Shown: positions 58,419 through 64,000 of the stretch, in pieces
Layout of the letters: every line of letters begins with the position of its first letter
How positions within the stretch are numbered: the stretch's first letter is position 1
From: an uncultured Pseudobdellovibrionaceae bacterium
GTDB taxonomy: Bacteria; Bdellovibrionota; Bdellovibrionia; Bdellovibrionales; JAGQZY01
Length of the DNA: 64,000 bases
Assembly (NCBI GenBank): GCA_964588335.1
Contig: CAZPOV010000008.1
Location: forward strand, 68,918-132,917
Direction: 5' to 3'
Program-made: the position numbers and the translations under genes
The notes under the pieces: model-generated
What the model was told of the DNA's origin: nothing
Databases searched by the model: none
The model's input: only the letters and a program-made list of their open reading frames with translations

Positions 58419-58908
58419 ACTGAAAAAAATCAAAATGTTAGTTATGGACGTTGATGGCATCCTGACCGACTCACGGATCATACTGGACTCAAGTTTAGGT
58501 TGGAAAAGATTTTTTTCCGTCCGCGACGGCATCGGAATCAACCTACTTCGGCACAACAGCTACAAGACGGCCATCATCACGGGAAGCCAATCTAAAGATG
58601 TTCAAGAAAGAGCCCAACATCTTAAGATTGATTACTTTTACGAAAACCAATTAGACAAAAGTCCTGCCTACGACAAGTTGAAATTAGAGTCCGGTTTTGC
58701 TGATGAAGAGATTGCCTATATTGGCGATGATATCTTTGATATTCCACTTTTGGAGCAGGTGGGTTTTTCAGCAACTGTTCCCGAAGCCGTTGATGAAGTT
58801 CACAAGGCATGTGATTATATCACAAATCGTAGTGGAGGTTATGGAGCCGTCCGTGATCTTTGCCAATTGATACTCAAGCATGGCTACTTTAGTGGGGAGT
58901 CACAATGA
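58399..58908 (+). CDS. kdsC: KDO-8-phosphate phosphatase (HAD-IIIA)
   Basis: Motifs LVMDVDGILTD, IITGS, AYIGDDIFD and RSGGYGAVRD. Confidence 0.85.
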   Translation: MTVDTNKLKKIKMLVMDVDGILTDSRIILDSSLGWKRFFSVRDGIGINLLRHNSYKTAIITGSQSKDVQERAQHLKIDYFYENQLDKSPAYDKLKLESGFADEEIAYIGDDIFDIPLLEQVGFSATVPEAVDEVHKACDYITNRSGGYGAVRDLCQLILKHGYFSGESQ

Positions 58909-59681
58909 AATTTGCATCCATCTTAGTTTCTCTGTTTTTTAGCTGGCAGGCTGTTGCCGTAACTATTGAATTCCCAGAAGAAGAATTGGCTCGTGAATCA
59001 GTTTTGCCAGTCTTTGATAATGCTTTGGCTGTAAAATCTCGTTTGGTTCCGACAAAGGGACGCGTGGAGCTTGGTTTAGCAGCTGGTTTTGCAATGAACG
59101 AACCTTTTTTTAACACCACCCGTTTTGGTGGACACTTGGCTTATCACCTAACAGAAACCCACGGAATTGTATTAACCGGTCAACTTTATACCGATGGGCT
59201 TGGCAATAACGGAAAAGCCCTGTCGCAGTCGGATTTGATTGATGACAACCCGGACACCAATCAAGGGTTTATTCGCATGGAATACGCTCCACAGCCGACC
59301 TACCACTTTTTTGCGAACTACCAAATAACCCCTTACTACGGGAAAATATCTGTTTTCAAAGATTTCGTCATGAATTTGTCTTTGTATGGTCTTGTTGGTG
59401 TGGGTGCGATTGATATTGGCGGAGAAACTGTTCCAGCTTTGAACCTGGGTATCGGTCAGAAGTTCTATTTCTCTAAAAACTGGGGAATTCGTGCCGACCT
59501 TGGATTGATGGCCTATGAAGGTGTTAACTTTTTTGTTGGTAGTGACGGTGGGCAGACTCCTCTGTTTGATAACGTCAATAATGCCACTGATTTTGAAGCG
59601 ACCGACAAGTTACCAAGTGAGTTTGATCGTCAGATGAATTACGACATGCACTTTTCAGTAGCACTCATTATTCTAATTTAA
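58905..59681 (+). CDS. Outer-membrane beta-barrel domain protein, GltA/GltB-like (paralog 1)
   Basis: Signal peptide and the motif ITPYYGKISVF…LYGLVGVG shared with the next gene. The ATG overlaps the kdsC stop (ATGA). Confidence 0.6.
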   Translation: MKFASILVSLFFSWQAVAVTIEFPEEELARESVLPVFDNALAVKSRLVPTKGRVELGLAAGFAMNEPFFNTTRFGGHLAYHLTETHGIVLTGQLYTDGLGNNGKALSQSDLIDDNPDTNQGFIRMEYAPQPTYHFFANYQITPYYGKISVFKDFVMNLSLYGLVGVGAIDIGGETVPALNLGIGQKFYFSKNWGIRADLGLMAYEGVNFFVGSDGGQTPLFDNVNNATDFEATDKLPSEFDRQMNYDMHFSVALIILI

Positions 59682-59822
59682 GAAAAATTTGTAACATAAG
59701 TATTGTTGTTCTGGAAAACGCGAGGTGTGGCATCGGTGTTGGTCCAGTTATTCGTGGTAAGTCTACAAATATTCTCATCTTTTCTATAGTCTGGTGGGAG
59801 ACTTACCGGGTTAGGTTTTTTT

Positions 59823-60674
59823 ATGAAGTACATAATGTTTGTTATTCTTCTAAGTTGCTATTCCACTGCCTTTGCACAGGATAAGGATCCTTCAATTGAT
59901 GAAATTGAAGGACTGTTCCAAGAGGAGGCCCAACAGGATGAGAGACGTGCTGAACAAGAAGCACGCAGAAACGCTCGTCGCGCTAAGGAAAAGGAAAAAG
60001 AAGAGCAGCCCAAAGAGGTCGAAGACCTAAAAGAGTTGGAAACTTTTTCTAACATCGCGGTCATCCAAAAACGATACCTTCCAAAAACCAAACGATTTGA
60101 GTTTTATATCGCCGGTGGAACCAACTTGAACGATGCTTTTTTCGTTGGAAATGGTCTGAACTCTCGGTTGGGGTTCAATTTCTCGGAAAAGTGGGGAATT
60201 GAGGCAATGTACTCATTTATTCAAAACGACAATCGTGACGTCACCAATGAGCTTTTAGAGCGAGGAGTGACAACTGAGGGATCTGTTGCCACCGATAGCT
60301 ACTACGGAGTTGATATCAAATGGACTCCCATTTACGGGAAATACTCCTATTTTAATGAAAAGATTATTCCATTTGATCTGTATTTCTCGCTGGGCTTTGG
60401 AATGACCGATCCAAGAATTGCGGCCTCATCTGGAGGAGCCAATGTGGCCACTGTCGATTCTTCCTACACGGTGAAGTTCGGAACCGGACAAATATTTGCG
60501 ATTACCAAATGGATGGCTTTTCGATGGGATCTTTCTCTTCACATGATCCAAGCCACCACTGAGGTCAGAAATCGAAACTCAAACACACTGATAAGCGAAG
60601 ATGATTCTCTATACAACAATCTCTTTCTGAACGTCGGGCTGAGTTTCTTCTTTCCTGAAGCGAGGTACAGATGA
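59823..60674 (+). CDS. Outer-membrane beta-barrel domain protein, GltA/GltB-like (paralog 2)
   Basis: Signal peptide, a charged E/K/R linker, the motif WTPIYGKYSYF…LYFSLGFG, and a C-terminal aromatic residue (…EARYR). Confidence 0.6.
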   Translation: MKYIMFVILLSCYSTAFAQDKDPSIDEIEGLFQEEAQQDERRAEQEARRNARRAKEKEKEEQPKEVEDLKELETFSNIAVIQKRYLPKTKRFEFYIAGGTNLNDAFFVGNGLNSRLGFNFSEKWGIEAMYSFIQNDNRDVTNELLERGVTTEGSVATDSYYGVDIKWTPIYGKYSYFNEKIIPFDLYFSLGFGMTDPRIAASSGGANVATVDSSYTVKFGTGQIFAITKWMAFRWDLSLHMIQATTEVRNRNSNTLISEDDSLYNNLFLNVGLSFFFPEARYR

Positions 60675-62326
60675 GAAAAATTACGACTTTACTCATTCCC
60701 ATTTTCCTATTCTCGTCATTGGCTGAGGCTAACAGTCGTGAAATGCCTGACCTTAGCAGCGAAATTCAAACTCACTTGAATGAGCCTATTTACACGGTGG
60801 CTCAGTCGAAGAAAGTAAAAAGAGCGCGTCGTCGCCGTCGCGCTAAAATCAATACAGATCTTTTAACCAAGGCAAAAAAGCTTGCGATCGCTAAAGAGTA
60901 TGAGAAGTCCTCACAGCTCCTTTTCTCGCTCACCCGTAGTAGTCGTTACCGCCGGGAAGGTTCGCAAATCAAATACATCCTGGGCCTCATGTTAATGGAG
61001 ATGGGTTTGTATCAGGTGGCATCCTTTGTCTTCTATGATGTTATTTCAGGTGAAATTCGCACCGGACGAACCACCAAGTATCTTCGCCAAAGTTTAAGCA
61101 AGTTATCGTTTTTAAGTAACGCTCTTGATAGTGATGTCCTTTTGAAATATACGATTTCGAAAATTAAAGTGAAGGATTTCCCGAGCGAAAAGAAAGACCT
61201 GTTCTATTACCGTCTTGGAGAGTTACGGTTAAAAGAGAATCGTTTTCGGCAAGCAGCTAAGATCTTTAGCCGAGTCGACCCTAAAAGTCTTGTCTATCCA
61301 AAAGCGCTGTACAAGATGGGCTTGGCTTACTCAGAGGCTAAGCAGGGTGGAAAAGCTTTAGCCGCCTTTAATGAGCTGTACGAAATAAGTAAAAACAAAG
61401 GTGTCACCGATGAAAACCGGGTCAACGGCCTGATTTCCATGGCACGTGTTTATTATGCCAATAAAAAGTGGGACAAAGCCATTGAGTATTACCGACAAAT
61501 TCCTCGGGACACTTGGCAGTGGCATGATTCGCTTTTTGAGCAAAGTTGGGCGATGTTAAGATCCGGACGATATTTCCGTTCAGCCCTTTCAAACTTCCAC
61601 ACTCTCCACTCTGCCTACTATGACGATCGATATGCTCCTGAGTCGCTTTTGTTGCGGGGAATGGTTTATCTGTTTATCTGCCGGTATGACGAGATGGGTA
61701 AGGTTTTGAATCTGTTCGATCGAATTTACAAGCCGGTCAACTCTAGAATTCGACGCTTTTCCTCAAGTGCCTCTTCCAGAAGTTATTTGGATGAGATCAT
61801 GAAAGGTGAAGCCAACTATCAGTCTGTTCGAAACAAAGAAAAACCAGTGCATTCAACGCGATTGCCGAAGCTGGTGTTAAACGAAATTATCAGCCGTCCG
61901 GATGTTCGTCGAAATCTTAACTATGTAAAAGCACTTGAGAGTGAGATTGCACGGGTTCAAAGACTGTCTGTGGATTGGCAAACCTCGGGTATAGGCAAAT
62001 ACGCCAAGCGAGTTATCGATAAACGTCTTAAAAGCACTAAAAACGTTATCGGAAAGCAGGCGCGAAACCATCTCCGTCGTTTAAAATCAGAGTTACGAGA
62101 CTTTTTTGAGCAAAGTGATTTTCTTAAATTTGAAATGATCAGCGGTAAAAAAGAGGCTATTCGAAAAGAGATCGCCGGTAAAGGCGTCTTGAAAAAGCAA
62201 ATCACTGACGAAGAAAGTCGTGATTTCTTTATTGGAAATGGATTTGAGTACTGGCCTTTCCAAGGTGAGTACTGGTTGGATGAGCTAGGAAATTACCATT
62301 ACGTTGGTGTTCAAGCTTGTGAATAA
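60671..62326 (+). CDS. Secreted TPR-repeat protein (GltC-like)
   Basis: Signal peptide and several TPR-like units (ALYKMGLAYSEAKQGGKALAAFNELY…). The ATG overlaps the upstream stop (ATGA). Confidence 0.6.
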   Translation: MRKITTLLIPIFLFSSLAEANSREMPDLSSEIQTHLNEPIYTVAQSKKVKRARRRRRAKINTDLLTKAKKLAIAKEYEKSSQLLFSLTRSSRYRREGSQIKYILGLMLMEMGLYQVASFVFYDVISGEIRTGRTTKYLRQSLSKLSFLSNALDSDVLLKYTISKIKVKDFPSEKKDLFYYRLGELRLKENRFRQAAKIFSRVDPKSLVYPKALYKMGLAYSEAKQGGKALAAFNELYEISKNKGVTDENRVNGLISMARVYYANKKWDKAIEYYRQIPRDTWQWHDSLFEQSWAMLRSGRYFRSALSNFHTLHSAYYDDRYAPESLLLRGMVYLFICRYDEMGKVLNLFDRIYKPVNSRIRRFSSSASSRSYLDEIMKGEANYQSVRNKEKPVHSTRLPKLVLNEIISRPDVRRNLNYVKALESEIARVQRLSVDWQTSGIGKYAKRVIDKRLKSTKNVIGKQARNHLRRLKSELRDFFEQSDFLKFEMISGKKEAIRKEIAGKGVLKKQITDEESRDFFIGNGFEYWPFQGEYWLDELGNYHYVGVQACE

Positions 62327-62336
62327 GGGATTGAGT

Positions 62337-64000
62337 ATGAAAAACCTTTTAGTTGGATTACTTATACTGTCGATGCTGGGAATCAGTCCTGATGCAATGG
62401 CGCAGACAAAGCGCAAGCGTAAGCAAATGGGTAATCTTACTCTTCGTAAGCTTCGCTCAGAAGTTCCTGAAGCAAAGAAGCTTGAGAGAAAACAGGTTCG
62501 CTCAAGAAACGTGGGGCTGATTAAGCCTCCAAGCTCTAGCAAATTTTACGTTTACGACGATAATCCACTAAAAGCGGAATACAACCGTCTTGTTGATGAA
62601 GAAATCAAAAGACTCTACAAGTTATCTCGACAGTACAAGCGAAGCCGAAGCCGTGGTGAAATTTGGCTTCGATTGGGTGAGCGCTATGTTGAGAAAGCGC
62701 AGATCATCGATTTTCGCCTGCAAGATGACTACGATAAGAAACTTGAAGCCTATAACTCGGGTAAGAGTAAACGGAAGCCTCGTCCACCCAGTCGCCGTGA
62801 GGTACGAAACTATCACAAGCGCGCCATCCGTCTCTATGAATGGTTTGTCCGCGATTTTCCAAAAGATCGTAAAGTGCCTCAGGCCCTTTATTTCTTAGGT
62901 TATAACAACTTTGAGATCGGAAACTTAAAAAAAGGTGAGCAGTATTACAAGCAGCTCACAAGACGTTATCCAAAGAGTGTGTATGTCGCCGAATCACATT
63001 TCGCATTGGGTGAGTACTACTTTGAAAAAGAACAATGGCAGAAGGCTCTGCCTGAGTACAAGAACGTTGTAAAAAGAAGACGTTCAAGACTTTATAGTTT
63101 TGCGCTTTATAAGGCGGCCTGGTGTTACTACCGAATGGGCCAATATAAGACAGCTCTTTCGACTTTGATCAATGTGATTAAAATATCTCGAAGCAACGAA
63201 ACCGAAGAGACTGTTGAGGGAACTCGCGCCATCGATAAAATTCGTTTGGCGAAAGAAGCCGTGGGTGATTTCGTGTCTTTTTACGAGCAAACCGGCCGCT
63301 ATAAGCAAGCCTACGATGATTTCTATGATATCTCGCGATCGGAGCAGCGTACTTTAGATATGATTGAGCAATTGGCTTATCGCTACTCTTACTCCGGAAA
63401 CTTGAATGCCTCGGTTTACCTTTTTAAACAATTGATTGCATTGAATCCTGAAGCTCCCAAGGCTGCTAAGTTTCAATATCAAATTGTGCAGGATTATGGA
63501 ACCACAGGAAAGGTGAAGCTTTTTAGAAAAGAATTGGCGACCTGGCTTGACCAGTTTGGTGCTGGAAGTGCATGGGCCGATGCTAACAAAGGCAATCAGC
63601 AGGTTATTAAAGAAAATTTCGACCTTCAGGAGAGCACGCTTAGAAACTCAACTTTGCGATTGCATCAACAGGCTCTTAATGCTCGTACCGACTATTCAAA
63701 GAAGTTAGCGGCTGGTTCCTATAAGATGTACCTAACCTACTTTAAAGGGGCGCCGAACTACAGTGAAATGCTTTTCTTCTATGGGGAACTTCTTTACGAC
63801 TTGCAAGAGTATGATGCTGCTGCTCAACAGTATGAGCGTGTCGCATTGACCGATAAAAAGAGTAAATACTTTGAAAAAGCGGTGACCAACAACGTTCTGG
63901 CTCGAGAAAAAGGATTGCCTTCAAACAAGGTCATGGAAGCTCGGCAAAAGAACTTACCTAATAAATTGGCTAAGATTCCTTTCAGCCCAGGAGTTCAGGC
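62337..64000 (+). CDS. Large secreted TPR-repeat protein, 5' part (runs off the window; absent from the ORF track because it has no stop)
   Basis: ATG at 62337 follows AAGGGA. Signal peptide MKNLLVGLLILSMLGISPDAMA. The frame stays open for more than 550 codons to the window end. TPR units include AESHFALGEYYFEKEQWQKALPEYKNV and ALYKAAWCYYRMGQYKTA. Confidence 0.65.
   Translation, partial: MKNLLVGLLILSMLGISPDAMAQTKRKRKQMGNLTLRKLRSEVPEAKKLERKQVRSRNVGLIKPPSSSKFYVYDDNPLKAEYNRLVDEEIKRLYKLSRQYKRSRSRGEIWLRLGERYVEKAQIIDFRLQDDYDKKLEAYNSGKSKRKPRPPSRREVRNYHKRAIRLYEWFVRDFPKDRKVPQALYFLGYNNFEIGNLKKGEQYYKQLTRRYPKSVYVAESHFALGEYYFEKEQWQKALPEYKNVVKRRRSRLYSFALYKAAWCYYRMGQYKTALSTLINVIKISRSNETEETVEGTRAIDKIRLAKEAVGDFVSFYEQTGRYKQAYDDFYDISRSEQRTLDMIEQLAYRYSYSGNLNASVYLFKQLIALNPEAPKAAKFQYQIVQDYGTTGKVKLFRKELATWLDQFGAGSAWADANKGNQQVIKENFDLQESTLRNSTLRLHQQALNARTDYSKKLAAGSYKMYLTYFKGAPNYSEMLFFYGELLYDLQEYDAAAQQYERVALTDKKSKYFEKAVTNNVLAREKGLPSNKVMEARQKNLPNKLAKIPFSPGVQ

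Overview
This is a gene-dense chromosomal window with about 60 protein-coding genes. I found no rRNA or tRNA, no CRISPR array, and no transposase, integrase or reverse transcriptase. All family assignments come from motif recognition by eye; no database search was possible.

The gene content suggests a Bdellovibrio-like or deltaproteobacterial-type predatory or gliding bacterium. This is an inference from a Glt-type outer-membrane gliding module, many GGDEF/PilZ/FHA/sigma-54 regulators, and many orphan secreted proteins.

Housekeeping genes recognised:
- mtnA, gcvP, an epmA-like ligase, rlmN, heptose-7-P kinase, glutamate dehydrogenase, pyrD, mutT
- an IHF/HU protein, pgi, frmA/frmB, eno, ftsB, polA, engB
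- a kdsB-pyrG-kdsD-kdsC block

Most interesting regions:
1. **5887-13962:** a translationally coupled six-gene operon of glycosyltransferases plus three tandem radical-SAM paralogs. Their SPASM/twitch-like Cys domain sits N-terminal to the CX3CX2C core. A perfect 3 x 50 bp tandem repeat and an MFS transporter follow.
2. **About 39105-39376:** a GC-rich, non-coding, strongly structured segment with nested helices, including a 17-bp helix whose single G.U pair fits only the + strand. It lies directly upstream of a small operon with an orphan CpaF/VirB11-like ATPase.
3. **48974-48989:** a good sigma-54 promoter with adjacent direct repeats, inside a cluster of orphan secreted proteins. An FHA-type sigma-54 activator lies nearby.
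4. **57969-64000:** a GltK/B/A/C-like gliding module fused onto the KDO operon.
5. **Smaller oddities:** a TonB-like gene whose membrane anchor has no canonical start codon, polybasic tails on two proteins, and several convergent gene pairs with overlapping stop codons.
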